Assembly: GCA_965203905.1 (NCBI GenBank)
Contig: CBDBDQ010000005.1
Coordinates: 192,001-256,000, forward strand
Direction: 5' to 3'
Length of the DNA: 64,000 nt
From: Spirochaetia bacterium
Lineage (GTDB): Bacteria > Spirochaetota > Spirochaetia > SZUA-6 > Bin103
Below are positions 1-10,154 of this stretch, piece by piece (the stretch's first letter is position 1; each line of letters opens with the position of its first letter). Both the position numbers and the translations under genes were made by a program. The notes under the pieces are model-generated. The model searched no databases. It was given only the letters and a program-made list of their open reading frames with translations, and was not told where the DNA came from.

Positions 1-289
1 GACCCACCTAATCGCCGGCCCGGCGTCGGAGTGGTACCCGATCCGTCACGGGACGGGCGCTTGATACAGGAATGCCGAGCGAAGTGGAACTCTCGCCAGA
101 CCACGGAATGCCACGCGCATACGCCGTGAACTGCGACCATCTCAGACCGTCCAGCGCGGCAAGCTCGGCCGTCTGGTCACGAGCGTCCAGGGACCGTGAT
201 GGCCCAGGTAGCGCGGGCCATTCAGTTGCACTTGCACTGCGGTGACCGTCCGGCAATCCGCGCGTGGCCGGCGGGGGCGGCGGTTCAGC

Positions 290-320
290 TTGACCGCGAG
301 AAAGCGGGCGTGCTACACCT
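290..320 (+). promoter_or_regulatory. Possible sigma-70 promoter for the HNH gene
   Basis: TTGACC (290-295), 18-nt spacer, TGC-TACACC extended -10-like element, followed by GAGGTGG SD and GTG at 343. Confidence 0.3.
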
Positions 321-342
321 CGTGCCGAGGTGGCGTACACAA

Positions 343-987
343 GTGTCAGCCCTAGAATCGAGCGTCCTCGTCCTCAACAGCGGCTACACGGCAGTCCGTA
401 TCACCAACGCCCGGCGCGCCTTCATTCTGCTGATCCGGGAGGCGGCCGAGGTGGTGACCACGGATGCAGGCCAATTCCAGACCTACGATCTGGCAGCCTG
501 GATTCTGTGGTCGGAGCTGGTCCGCACCGGTTACAGCGTCGACGCGCAGGCGGAGGAACATGATCCGCCCGACTGGGTCCATACGCCACGCCTGGTAATC
601 GCGGTACCGCGGGTCATTCGGCTGCTTCGCTACAGCGGACGGCCGCAGCGGGAGGTGCGCCTTACCCGCCGTAACATCCACGCCCGCGACCTCGGTCGCT
701 GCCACTACTGCGGCCAGCGGTTCCCGAGCCGCGAGCTCACCGTCGACCACGTGATCCCGCGCTCCCTTGGCGGGCGCGACACCTGGGAGAACCTGGTGAC
801 CGCGTGCGTACCGTGCAACTCGCGCAAGGGCAGCCGCACCCCCCAGGCCGCCAACATGCGCCTGCATCGCACGCCGACCAAGCCGCGCACCAACCCGACC
901 ATCGTGCAGCGCCTGAAGAGCCCCAAGTACCGCGTATGGCGGCTGTTCGTGGACGAGTCCTCCACCCACCTCGGCGTCGGCGCCTAG
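343..987 (+). CDS. HNH endonuclease (McrA/HNH_5 family)
   Basis: N-terminal VLVLNxxY motif, RD..CHYCG...TVDHVIPRSLGG..WENLVTAC..CN..KG zinc-HNH motif; GTG start at 343 after GAGG (ORF track starts at 196). Confidence 0.9.
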   Translation: MSALESSVLVLNSGYTAVRITNARRAFILLIREAAEVVTTDAGQFQTYDLAAWILWSELVRTGYSVDAQAEEHDPPDWVHTPRLVIAVPRVIRLLRYSGRPQREVRLTRRNIHARDLGRCHYCGQRFPSRELTVDHVIPRSLGGRDTWENLVTACVPCNSRKGSRTPQAANMRLHRTPTKPRTNPTIVQRLKSPKYRVWRLFVDESSTHLGVGA

Positions 988-1063
988 CTTAGCCGCCGGG
1001 CCAGCTTGGCCGCGTGCCGAGCGCGGCGGTCGCGCGATGGCTGGTGAGATCAGCCCCGATCAG

Positions 1064-2053
1064 TCACCGGTCGGTGCTGGAGGCACCGCTGTCACGCTGG
1101 CTCAGTTCGTGCCTGATGGTCCGTTCCAGAGCCTCGCGCAAACCTATCGGGGGCCGGAATCCGGTTCCGTGCATGCGGTCAGTCGAGAATGTCGTGGTAC
1201 TGCAGAACTTACGGATGCGGACCGCGCTGATCGGCAACCGTCTCCCGGTGACAGCGGCCAGCACATCGCATGCAACACCGCCCAGGTACCCTATGGGATA
1301 CGGAATTCGGGCTCTGATGGCTGGGGGCCGGCCTAGCGTCGTCAAGACGATCTGGACCAGTTCTCCCATCGAGAGGTCGGGACCATCGGCATAGTTGAAC
1401 AGATGGGTGCCCGCCCCCAGGCTGAGCACGTGCACCAGGAACGCGCTTACATTTCCGACGTAGGCCATCGACTTCCGGTTACGGCCGCTGCCTACCATCA
1501 CGAATCGCCGGGACATGATCTGGCGCAGGAGCTGGTAGACGTTGCCCCGATTGCCCTCCCCGAATATCACCGTGGGACGGACGATCACTAGCGACCGCCG
1601 CTCGGGTGCCTCAGCCTGCCATGCACGATAGATCTGCTCGGCTTCCAGCTTCGAACGCCCGTACGCATTCAACGGCTCGGGGGACGTCCCCTCGGAACTA
1701 TTGGGCTCTGCCAAGCCATAGACTGCCGCCGAGCTTGTGAAGATCAACCGATCGATACCCAGCTCTCGACACGCGCGGCAGACGTTAGCGGCCCCCGCCA
1801 CATTTACTTGATGGTAGAGCGAGACCGGCTTGACATCATCGCGGTGCACTGCCGCCAGGTTATAGACGATCTCAGTCCCATCTAGGGCTGCTGTCAGGCC
1901 CTGGCAGTCACGTACGTCCCCCAGGCGTTGCATCCCATCGCCCCTAGCAGCCACGACGTCCACCGTCCTCACATCGTGCCCGCCGTCCCTCACCAATCCG
2001 GCGAGTCGCCTCCCTATGAACCCCCGGCCCCCAAGGATCCCTATGGTCGCCAT
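1064..2053 (-). CDS. gnu: NAD-dependent epimerase, GlcNAc-PP-undecaprenol 4-epimerase (Gnu)-like
   Basis: GGRGFIG Rossmann motif, YGRSK catalytic motif; AAVHRDDVKPVSLY, RPTVIFGEGNRGNVY, KSMAYVGN and KFCSTTTF blocks closely resemble E. coli O157 Gnu as recalled. Confidence 0.75.
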   Translation of the reverse strand: MATIGILGGRGFIGRRLAGLVRDGGHDVRTVDVVAARGDGMQRLGDVRDCQGLTAALDGTEIVYNLAAVHRDDVKPVSLYHQVNVAGAANVCRACRELGIDRLIFTSSAAVYGLAEPNSSEGTSPEPLNAYGRSKLEAEQIYRAWQAEAPERRSLVIVRPTVIFGEGNRGNVYQLLRQIMSRRFVMVGSGRNRKSMAYVGNVSAFLVHVLSLGAGTHLFNYADGPDLSMGELVQIVLTTLGRPPAIRARIPYPIGYLGGVACDVLAAVTGRRLPISAVRIRKFCSTTTFSTDRMHGTGFRPPIGLREALERTIRHELSQRDSGASSTDR

Positions 2054-2110
2054 ACGACCCTCCGCCGCTGCTTCATCCTACCCCGGATCCATGGTATATT
2101 TCCCAGCCGA

Positions 2111-2878
2111 ATGCCGACGCCGCTCCTCACGGTGATCATGCCCACCTACAACGCGCAGCGCTTCATTGCCGAATCCATAGAATCGGTCATCGCACAGACT
2201 ATCGATGATTGGGAGTTGCTGGTCGTCGACGACGCCTCCACTGATGCCACCAAACAGATCATTGCAGAGTACCAGGAGCAGGACGGGCGAATTCGACTAC
2301 TGCGCCGACCTAGTAACCAAGGACCAGCGTACGCTCGCAACTTCGCACTCGATCAGGCCCGCGGCCAGTGGATTGCATTCATCGACAGCGATGATATCTG
2401 GCACCCACAAAAAACCGAGAAGCAACTTTCGGCGATGCATCGCCATGGAGCCGACATCTCATACACTGGATATAGACGACGCCGCGATGGGGACCGGGAA
2501 GGGGTCGTGGTCCAGGTTCCCAAACATGTCGAATACCGTACCATGTTGCGGCGTAATCTCATCGCATGTTCCACCGCAATCGTGAGGAGAAGGACCTGCG
2601 GCAGCCTCAGGATGCCGCTCATAAGACGACGCCAGGATCACGGCTATTGGCTCGCATTACTGAGAGACGGAACACGAACCGCTGTCGGTGTCACAGAACC
2701 GCTGGTCTGGTACCGGCTGCATGCCGATTCCCTTTCGGCAAACAAATTGACCGCCGCTAGGTACTCCTGGAAGTTGCTACGGGAAGTCGAAAGGTTCAGT
2801 ACCGGAAAATCCCTTTGGCTATTCAGCGGTTATGCTCTCGAAGCCTTGAAGCTGCGCACACTCTCGAAGCGACCATGA
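2111..2878 (+). CDS. Glycosyltransferase family 2 (TuaG-like)
   Basis: VIMPTYNA, VVDDAST, IAFIDSDDIW and RRQDHGYWL motifs; ATG at 2111. Confidence 0.88.
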   Translation: MPTPLLTVIMPTYNAQRFIAESIESVIAQTIDDWELLVVDDASTDATKQIIAEYQEQDGRIRLLRRPSNQGPAYARNFALDQARGQWIAFIDSDDIWHPQKTEKQLSAMHRHGADISYTGYRRRRDGDREGVVVQVPKHVEYRTMLRRNLIACSTAIVRRRTCGSLRMPLIRRRQDHGYWLALLRDGTRTAVGVTEPLVWYRLHADSLSANKLTAARYSWKLLREVERFSTGKSLWLFSGYALEALKLRTLSKRP

Positions 2879-2906
2879 TCCGCACTAGACGTTTTCCCGG
2901 GCCGTC

Positions 2907-4007
2907 TCATGGTCCCACTATTCTTGTTAAATCAGCCGCCATTCGGTCATACCAATAGTGGCTTCGGAAGAACTCCCCGCGAGCTCTAGCGCCCCCACAG
3001 AGCCTGTTGTAGAGCTCCGGATTGTGCATTAGACGTACTATCGCGTCTCTCAAAGACGCAGACGATCGAGGCTCGACCAGGAGCCCGCTTTTCTCATCCT
3101 CGACCACCTCAGGGATCCCAGCCCAGCGCGTCGCGATGACCGGTCGACCACACTGCATTGCTTCCAATATGACACCCGGGTAGCCTTCTGACTCCCAATA
3201 GGTCGGCAGCAGCAACACGTCGTGCTGCCGGATTATCTCCGGTACCTCGCTGGGACTCACCGCACCACAGTAGGTGGCTATCGGGTGGTCCACCAGCAAA
3301 CTCATGTCAACGCCGGGAAGCACCGGCCCATAGAAGCTGAGCACACAGGAACCAGGAAGTTTGCGACAGGCCTCAAGGGTCTCCCGGAAGCCCTTCTCCG
3401 GACGGATCTGGGACATGAACAGCAACCGGAAAATCGTGGTCCGGATCCTGACGGGGCCCGCCGCTACATTCCTGGTGTTCGCATGCCATCGGAAGTTAGG
3501 ACGGGTACGAAAGTAAAACAGTTGACGTCTAGTCTGTACATAGATGACATCCGAACGCATGTACGTATGATCCGCCCACCAACGAAGAATAGAGCGACAC
3601 CGTTGGTAGCGTATAGCTAGGTCACCACCAAACACGCGTAACGCCAAAGGACGTCCGGCAAGTGTGCAGAGCAGCCACATGAACGCGCCCAGAGTCCAGG
3701 TGGTGCCGGCCGAGACGTTCAAAAATACAACTTGAACATGCTTTACCTGCGAAGCAGTTTGGCGGAAGATGCGAAACATCGTCATGATGTTGTTGCGTAA
3801 GGCCAGCCACCGTGTAAGATTGATTCGTGGACGACTTGTGTCGACCAGAGATATCTCGAAATCTCGGTCCCGCAAGCTTCGCACCATCTCCGAGAAGTTG
3901 ACGGCAGCACCGCCCACCGGGTTCGATCGAGTGGGCTCGGTAGGAGGCAGCGGCCCAACCAGAAGCACCCTTATGTCTTTGCTCAATCGCATTGCTATCC
4001 AGCGCAC
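2907..4007 (-). CDS. Glycosyltransferase family 4 (GT-B)
   Basis: PEKG, EGYPGVILEAMQCGRPVIAT and GIPEVV motifs. Confidence 0.88.
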   Translation of the reverse strand: MRWIAMRLSKDIRVLLVGPLPPTEPTRSNPVGGAAVNFSEMVRSLRDRDFEISLVDTSRPRINLTRWLALRNNIMTMFRIFRQTASQVKHVQVVFLNVSAGTTWTLGAFMWLLCTLAGRPLALRVFGGDLAIRYQRCRSILRWWADHTYMRSDVIYVQTRRQLFYFRTRPNFRWHANTRNVAAGPVRIRTTIFRLLFMSQIRPEKGFRETLEACRKLPGSCVLSFYGPVLPGVDMSLLVDHPIATYCGAVSPSEVPEIIRQHDVLLLPTYWESEGYPGVILEAMQCGRPVIATRWAGIPEVVEDEKSGLLVEPRSSASLRDAIVRLMHNPELYNRLCGGARARGEFFRSHYWYDRMAADLTRIVGP

Positions 4008-4826
4008 CTACCAAACGCGAGTCAAACGCTTAATCCAGTAGTTCCAAGTTGCCGGGTAGCAGAGCGATATTGCGGCACATCCAAGGTACGACATCCCACC
4101 GTGTCTTCGCTCCCGCAACGAGTACAACCGACGCTGAGGCGCACTCAATTTGCCTTCATGACGATCAAGAATGGCACGAACTCGGGTCACGACTTCCACC
4201 GTTGTACCGATGCGGTCACCGCCGTGACCGAGGTCCATGGTGTACAAGCACTGGGCAACCCGCAAGGCTGTACCCCACCGCCCTATCATCCGAATCCATA
4301 GATCGAAATCCTGTCCTGCCGCCAAGGTTTCATCGAAAGCACCGACCTCGCGAACCTTGTCGGTCTCAGTAAGAATCTGGTTGCCGACGCAGTTGCCCCA
4401 TAGAATATCGGGCAGATGAACGAGTATCTGGCCACGGAAACGTGGTGATGTGGATCCGTTTCTCAACTGCATCATATTGGATGCGACAAAGGAATACGTT
4501 GGTTGATAGGCGCTCAAGAGGGTCACGACGCGGTCTCGGTGAAAGTAATCATCGTCGTCCAGACCGGTATAGAAGGTGCCCCGGGCCAGGTCGATCCCGG
4601 TGTTGCGGCTGCCACAGGCTCCCTTGGTGCGACGGTTCGAATACCAACGCACACGTTCGTCTTGGATGGTTTCGCAGACCTCAAGACCCTCACCGCGGCT
4701 GCTGTCGTCGATCACGATGACTTCAATGTGTTGGTACGACTGGGAGAGCGCCGATGCTATCGCTCGACGCAGTAGGAGAGGACGTGCGCAGGTCGGAATT
4801 ACTATCGAAATCAGAGGATCAGACAT
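4008..4826 (-). CDS. Glycosyltransferase family 2
   Basis: ISIVIPT, VIDDSS, GLDDDDYF and QDFDLW motifs. Confidence 0.88.
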   Translation of the reverse strand: MSDPLISIVIPTCARPLLLRRAIASALSQSYQHIEVIVIDDSSRGEGLEVCETIQDERVRWYSNRRTKGACGSRNTGIDLARGTFYTGLDDDDYFHRDRVVTLLSAYQPTYSFVASNMMQLRNGSTSPRFRGQILVHLPDILWGNCVGNQILTETDKVREVGAFDETLAAGQDFDLWIRMIGRWGTALRVAQCLYTMDLGHGGDRIGTTVEVVTRVRAILDRHEGKLSAPQRRLYSLRERRHGGMSYLGCAAISLCYPATWNYWIKRLTRVW

Positions 4827-4864
4827 CTCACTCTGTCGGTGGTTCTGATCGGGATACCGGTCTA

Positions 4865-6142
4865 CTAAGGAGTGCTATGGACATTCGTGTAGGGCCGTGA
4901 GGTCAGGCGAACTCGACTACGAGACGTTGACGCGCCGATGGGTGTAGACTGAGTTGCCAGCGCTATCAAGAGCAGGACAAAGACACCGCGTGCGTCGAAC
5001 AGGTCCCCGGATATACTGCTCGAGATTAGGAGCAAGATCAGTGCTGCGGCAATTGCCGGGTCGCCGAGACCACGGCCATTGCGCCAACGTCTGATGAACA
5101 CCAATAACGGAAGACAGAAAAGCAATAGTCCTATGATACCACCTTCGGCAAACGCTTCGACGAATACATTGTGAGGGTAAAGGCCAAACGTATCAAGTTG
5201 TGCGAAACCGGCCAAGCCGATTCCGCCGACAGGGCTCCCTAGTCCTGCTACGATTCCATCAATTAACAGGATGCCACGATTGGAAGTGTAACCCTCAATT
5301 AGCAGAAGGCGGATAAATCGAGTGGCAAACACCGCTATGGCGCGGCTTCCCAGGTCGGTGAGTACGAGCGCCCCTCCGGCGATCACCGAGAGCAATAACG
5401 TGACCCGTAGGCGACGGTCTAATCCGCGAATTGCGGCATACGCGAGAGCACCAAGAACCAGTGCTATCAGCGCTCCTCGAGAACCGGAGAGGAGCACGAG
5501 GAAGGAACCAACCGGTACCACTATCAAGCCGACGAATCTAGCCCAACGATGGTTGGACTGGAACGCAATACGAAGGGCTGCCAGGGTCAAGAGCCCCATG
5601 TTGCGCCCGAACACATTAGGACCACCGCCCAATACACTCAACCTTCCCAGTGACGGGTTGGTAAACACGGATGCCACTCCCGCAACTGCGAGAACCAAGC
5701 CGAGCCCAAAGATAGCATACCAGAAACCACTGACTGTACTTCCGATTCCGCATAGCCGTAGCGCACCAACGGTAAGCACACAGGACCACGCAACAAACAT
5801 CAGGTCGTAGGCCTTGGCTCCAGCCAGAGACAGATCAGGTGCCCACAACGTCGTGGCCACCATGTATACGACGAACACAACGATCACGGCCGACCACGTG
5901 CGCACGCCGCCGGCGAACGACCGTACCGCCCCCGGACCTCGTCCCGCGGCGACGCCCAACAGCCACACCGACAGCGCCGCAAGCACGAGCAACCTGAGCT
6001 GTAAGTACCAGACAACCTCCTCGGATCCGATGAACTGACCCAGGTATGAACGCCCAACCAATTGAAACGTCCCAATCAGAAAGCCTGCCGCGACAGCTCC
6101 CAGTCGCCGGTCATGGTGGTGATTCCTAAGGTAGTTACTCAT
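4865..6142 (-). CDS. O-antigen polymerase/ligase family membrane protein (Wzy_C)
   Basis: Many TM segments, LSGSRGA, GGIGLAGF and YPHNVFVE..AEGG motifs. Confidence 0.8.
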   Translation of the reverse strand: MSNYLRNHHHDRRLGAVAAGFLIGTFQLVGRSYLGQFIGSEEVVWYLQLRLLVLAALSVWLLGVAAGRGPGAVRSFAGGVRTWSAVIVVFVVYMVATTLWAPDLSLAGAKAYDLMFVAWSCVLTVGALRLCGIGSTVSGFWYAIFGLGLVLAVAGVASVFTNPSLGRLSVLGGGPNVFGRNMGLLTLAALRIAFQSNHRWARFVGLIVVPVGSFLVLLSGSRGALIALVLGALAYAAIRGLDRRLRVTLLLSVIAGGALVLTDLGSRAIAVFATRFIRLLLIEGYTSNRGILLIDGIVAGLGSPVGGIGLAGFAQLDTFGLYPHNVFVEAFAEGGIIGLLLFCLPLLVFIRRWRNGRGLGDPAIAAALILLLISSSISGDLFDARGVFVLLLIALATQSTPIGASTSRSRVRLTSRPYTNVHSTP

Positions 6143-6162
6143 GGACCCGTTGGCGCCGTCGC

Positions 6163-7119
6163 TTAGATTCCTCGGTCGAGCTCACCGGCCAGCATTTCAC
6201 CTATCCTTAGCTCTGCCGAGCGTGGTCGCATTCGACGTCTGGCGCCGTCCGGGCAGCTGGTCAACTCACCTACCTTGACCGTGCTGTCGTCCGTGTACAT
6301 GTCGACTCTAATGTAGGACAGTGAGTGTGACAGCGAGCGTGCCAGCTTGAGCATCACGTCAAGACGCTTCGGCCTCGCGTCAGCAATGCGCCCTTGTGGA
6401 TACGCCCACTCGAGATCCAGCCTCTTCCAAGACGCGTCGTACCAATTCCTTGTATGGCACGTATAGCGTCCAGAGTCAACCTGAATGAGCCTCGGTACAC
6501 CGCCAAAACAGTGGACCTTGAAGTCCCGCGGCACAGGCCTACCGCCGTCGTCAAAAAAATCTTCCACCAGGATCTTCGGCTCAAGATAGCGATAATTAGA
6601 CTCCCGTGACACCCGATAGTAATTCATCCTCAGCCAGCGCTTGAGCACGGCGCGGTCGAACCCCTGACTCTTCTCTCTGACCAGAATAACCTGTCCACTC
6701 ATATGGGAAGGCTTGATTACACATGGAAACGCACCTAACCTAAGACGGTCGATTTCTTCTTCTGTACGTATAATTGCCAGCGTCTTCATCGTGTACTGCC
6801 AACCGACCATGCCTCCAATGTACGACTTTACGAACTCTTTGTCGGTAACAAACTGACGCAACGGTGAAAGCAGGGTTCCATCATTTCTGAGCCGAAAAAG
6901 ACAGTCATTGAACAACCTCGGGTTTCGATACCTGGGAACACGTCGCTGCCCAGAAATATAGCGCAGCGTGGAGTACAGTTTGTCTATTGGTGTTCCAGCT
7001 GGAAGGTGTGCCCGCAACGTCCTCGCAATCGCCAACAGCCCGGTGTGAATTGGCCCATGAGCACGCACCGATCTCTCCTTCAAGGGCAAAGTCCACTGCT
7101 CGATCCACCAGTCTCCCAA
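6163..7119 (-). CDS. TupA-like ATP-grasp amidoligase
   Basis: DKEFVKSYI, VIKPSHMSG, PKILVE, DFKVHCFGG, YIRVDMY and GELT motifs; start uncertain. Confidence 0.82.
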   Translation of the reverse strand: MGDWWIEQWTLPLKERSVRAHGPIHTGLLAIARTLRAHLPAGTPIDKLYSTLRYISGQRRVPRYRNPRLFNDCLFRLRNDGTLLSPLRQFVTDKEFVKSYIGGMVGWQYTMKTLAIIRTEEEIDRLRLGAFPCVIKPSHMSGQVILVREKSQGFDRAVLKRWLRMNYYRVSRESNYRYLEPKILVEDFFDDGGRPVPRDFKVHCFGGVPRLIQVDSGRYTCHTRNWYDASWKRLDLEWAYPQGRIADARPKRLDVMLKLARSLSHSLSYIRVDMYTDDSTVKVGELTSCPDGARRRMRPRSAELRIGEMLAGELDRGI

Positions 7120-7120
7120 T

Positions 7121-8632
7121 TCAATGTTGATGTCTCCTCTCGCGGACCGTCGCGATTGCTATGGCGCGCTTTAGATCCTCCATGAAGCGCCGTCCTCCTG
7201 GCAACATTGCGTGACTACCAATAAACACTCCGACATACAGCACGATGTTCAGCGCGATCCACCAGATTCCACTTCCTGAGGGGACCGCCAGTACCACTCC
7301 CGCGGCAATCAGCGCCGCTACGAAGGGTCGCCAAATTGATCCGAGGACGGCACCTCCACGCATCGACAAAGACGGCCCTACGTACCATATCTCGCCGACG
7401 AGGCTCACTGCGGTCGCTATTCCGTAACCGGCAGCGACGCCCACTGGGCCCCAAGTCCAGCCAACCGCCACGCCGCCAACGCTTGCTACACAGCGCATCA
7501 GTCGGACCACCATCAGTCTCCTGGAGTGCCCCCGTGGCACCAACAGCCATCCGACAAGCTTACCGACGATCCACGTCGCCCCCGAGAGTGTCAGCCAGCG
7601 CACCAGCGGTATCGCTGCGTCCCACTGCTTGCCCAATAGCACACTGACCACCAGCGGAGCTTCCACCGCCAATAAGGCGAGCGCCCCACAGCCTGCAAAT
7701 GCGGTTACCGTTAGCGTCTGAGCAAATAGTCTGTCGAACGCGGCAACGTCCCGTTGGAGACGACTAAGAGATGCTGGGACCACACGCTCCAATGGCTCCA
7801 CAAGATATGACAGTGGAGTCATCACGCTCACCGATGCGCGATTGTACAATCCGAGTTCCGACGCCCCGGCGACGACCCCCAACAGGGTTGGTGCCGCGTT
7901 CCTTGAAAAGTAGAACAGGATCGTCGAAGGTACAAGATTGTTTCCGAATCGTAGAACAGAAGATACATTCGTGGCTTTTTTTGGACGACAAGGTGTCCAT
8001 CCAGATAGTATCCAGTTCCACACGGTACGTGCCGTCTGCATCACCACATGCATTGCGACTAGAGCCCAGAATCCGCCACCTGATAGAGCCACAGTGACAC
8101 CCACGGAAATGCCGATCACATTGGATCCTATGCGTACCAACTGCAACGTCCGATACCGCAGCTGTCGCCTCATCAAGGCTTCATGCTGAGCTCCCACACC
8201 AATCGTAACAACCGTGACCGACATTGCTATCGTCGCGCCGATTACCCGGGTTTCGTCAAACAGCAGAGCCAGGAGCGGGGAGCATAGCGCGGTGACTCCA
8301 GCCAGCGCAAGGCCCAGCAAGCTGTTTATCCAGAACAACTTCGACAGTTGATCATCGCTCAAGTTCAAGCGCTGGGTGGATGCAGCGGTCAACCCCCAAT
8401 CACCGATTAGGGAAACTAGATTCAGCAAGATACTGCACATCGCGACGATTCCGAAGTCTTCGGGAGTTAGGAGCCGGGCAAGCACGGCGACTGCTCCAAA
8501 ACGGAGACACGCCTGAGACAACATCGCGACGATGCCAGCTCCCGTTCCTCGTATGCTGGCATCTCTTACTTGGTAGTATCGAGACTGCTCGTCGGAGTAA
8601 CTGTTGATATCTTGCTGATTCTGGCCAGACAT
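7121..8632 (-). CDS. wzx: Wzx-type polysaccharide flippase
   Basis: LARLLTPEDFG motif, about 12-14 TM segments, LGLYNRA. Confidence 0.85.
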   Translation of the reverse strand: MSGQNQQDINSYSDEQSRYYQVRDASIRGTGAGIVAMLSQACLRFGAVAVLARLLTPEDFGIVAMCSILLNLVSLIGDWGLTAASTQRLNLSDDQLSKLFWINSLLGLALAGVTALCSPLLALLFDETRVIGATIAMSVTVVTIGVGAQHEALMRRQLRYRTLQLVRIGSNVIGISVGVTVALSGGGFWALVAMHVVMQTARTVWNWILSGWTPCRPKKATNVSSVLRFGNNLVPSTILFYFSRNAAPTLLGVVAGASELGLYNRASVSVMTPLSYLVEPLERVVPASLSRLQRDVAAFDRLFAQTLTVTAFAGCGALALLAVEAPLVVSVLLGKQWDAAIPLVRWLTLSGATWIVGKLVGWLLVPRGHSRRLMVVRLMRCVASVGGVAVGWTWGPVGVAAGYGIATAVSLVGEIWYVGPSLSMRGGAVLGSIWRPFVAALIAAGVVLAVPSGSGIWWIALNIVLYVGVFIGSHAMLPGGRRFMEDLKRAIAIATVRERRHQH

Positions 8633-8885
8633 CGACAGCGGGCAGTATCTCCCACGTCGCTATCACGGCGCAAGCGAGTACACATTCAAGTGTACGGGGC
8701 TGAACCCGTAGCCATCCGATACACCGGCTGGCGCCGCTCAGGGGGCCTCGGGCTTGCGTTGACAACATATGATGCGGTGCAGAGATCGGTTGGAGTCTTG
8801 CCTGTGGCCGTCAGCCAGGGCGCCTCAACGTGGAGTGGATCAGGTATTGCGAGCGTAGATCTCGCTACTCGAAAGGGCAGCGAAG

Positions 8886-10154
8886 GTGGTCTTGACGAGC
8901 ACGCTCCCTATCGGATCAAATCACGTTGTGATCGATGCCCAGGACGCTGGTGGCAGCTGGAGTACGCTGGATGCTGGAGCCCTGAACCACGATAGACCGT
9001 CGCCGCGAGACCACCTCACCACTGTCATTCGCAGTACCACGCATGCACGCGCCGGGCTGGTCGGCAACCCGTCCGACCTGTTTGGCGGCAAGGTGATCTC
9101 GCTGCTGTTCGATGCGTTCGCGGCCCACGTCTCGCTGTACGAGTCGGAGCGGCTGACGGTGCTGCCCAATACGCGGGACGCTACCAGCTTCGACGACATG
9201 GCGGAGCTGGTCCGCTATCGGCGCCAGCACGGCTACTACGGGGGGCTGCGCCTGATCGAGGCGATCCTGGTGCGGTTCGACCACTGCTGCCGCGAACGCG
9301 GCATCGCCCTGCCGCGGCGCAACTGCACCATCGAGTACCACTCGGATATTCCGTTCGGTGTGGGGCTGGGTGGCTCGTCGGCGATCATAGCCGCGGTGTT
9401 CAACGCGCTGATGCAGTTCTACGAGCTCACCGAGGCGGACATTCCCAAGGCCGAGCAGCCCAATGTCATTCTGGAGGCGGAGACGGTGGAGCTGGGAATC
9501 AGCGCCGGGCCGCAGGACCGCGTGGTAGCGGTCTACGGGGGCGTAGTGGCGATGGACTTCTCCCCCGGCGCCTATGCCCGCAATGGCGGTCGCCATGGCG
9601 ATTACCGGCGGCTGGCTCCGGATCTCCTCCCGCCGCTGTTCGTGGCCTACCACGAGGGGTTGTCCAAGTCCTCGGGCTCCATCCACAACGTCGTGCGCTA
9701 CCGTGCCGAGGTCGAGCATGACCGGGCGATCACGGAGGCCATGGCCGCCAAGGCCGCCCTGGTCGACGAAGCGCTCGCGGCACTGCATCAGGGGCATGGC
9801 GAGCGCATCGGCGCGATCATGGATCGTGACTTCGACCTGCGCCAGTCGGTGTACGGCCTGCCCCCCGATCAGATACGCATGATCGCCATTGCGCGCGAAC
9901 AGGGAGCACACGCCAAGTTCACCGGATCCGGTGGGGCCGCCGTCGGCACCTATGTGGACGCTGCGCATCTGCGGCTGCTCAAGGGGGCCTACGAGGACGA
10001 AGGGTTCACGGTGGTGCCGGTCCGGGTGGCCGCGGCGCACAGGCCGTGCCGGTCCGCGGCCGGCGCCCGAGCCGTCCTTGATGAAGCCGTAGTGGGCAAA
10101 CCCGGAGCACCGGCTTCTCCCACGGTGCGCGTCGGATCTGCGGCGCGGCCTTGA
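8886..10154 (+). CDS. GHMP kinase, glucuronokinase-like
   Basis: ARAGLVGNPSD, GYYGGLRL, IPFGVGLGGSSA, GISAGPQDRV..VYGG and AKFTGSGGA blocks match the Arabidopsis glucuronokinase pattern; true start uncertain (similarity begins near 9025). Confidence 0.8.
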   Translation: MVLTSTLPIGSNHVVIDAQDAGGSWSTLDAGALNHDRPSPRDHLTTVIRSTTHARAGLVGNPSDLFGGKVISLLFDAFAAHVSLYESERLTVLPNTRDATSFDDMAELVRYRRQHGYYGGLRLIEAILVRFDHCCRERGIALPRRNCTIEYHSDIPFGVGLGGSSAIIAAVFNALMQFYELTEADIPKAEQPNVILEAETVELGISAGPQDRVVAVYGGVVAMDFSPGAYARNGGRHGDYRRLAPDLLPPLFVAYHEGLSKSSGSIHNVVRYRAEVEHDRAITEAMAAKAALVDEALAALHQGHGERIGAIMDRDFDLRQSVYGLPPDQIRMIAIAREQGAHAKFTGSGGAAVGTYVDAAHLRLLKGAYEDEGFTVVPVRVAAAHRPCRSAAGARAVLDEAVVGKPGAPASPTVRVGSAARP

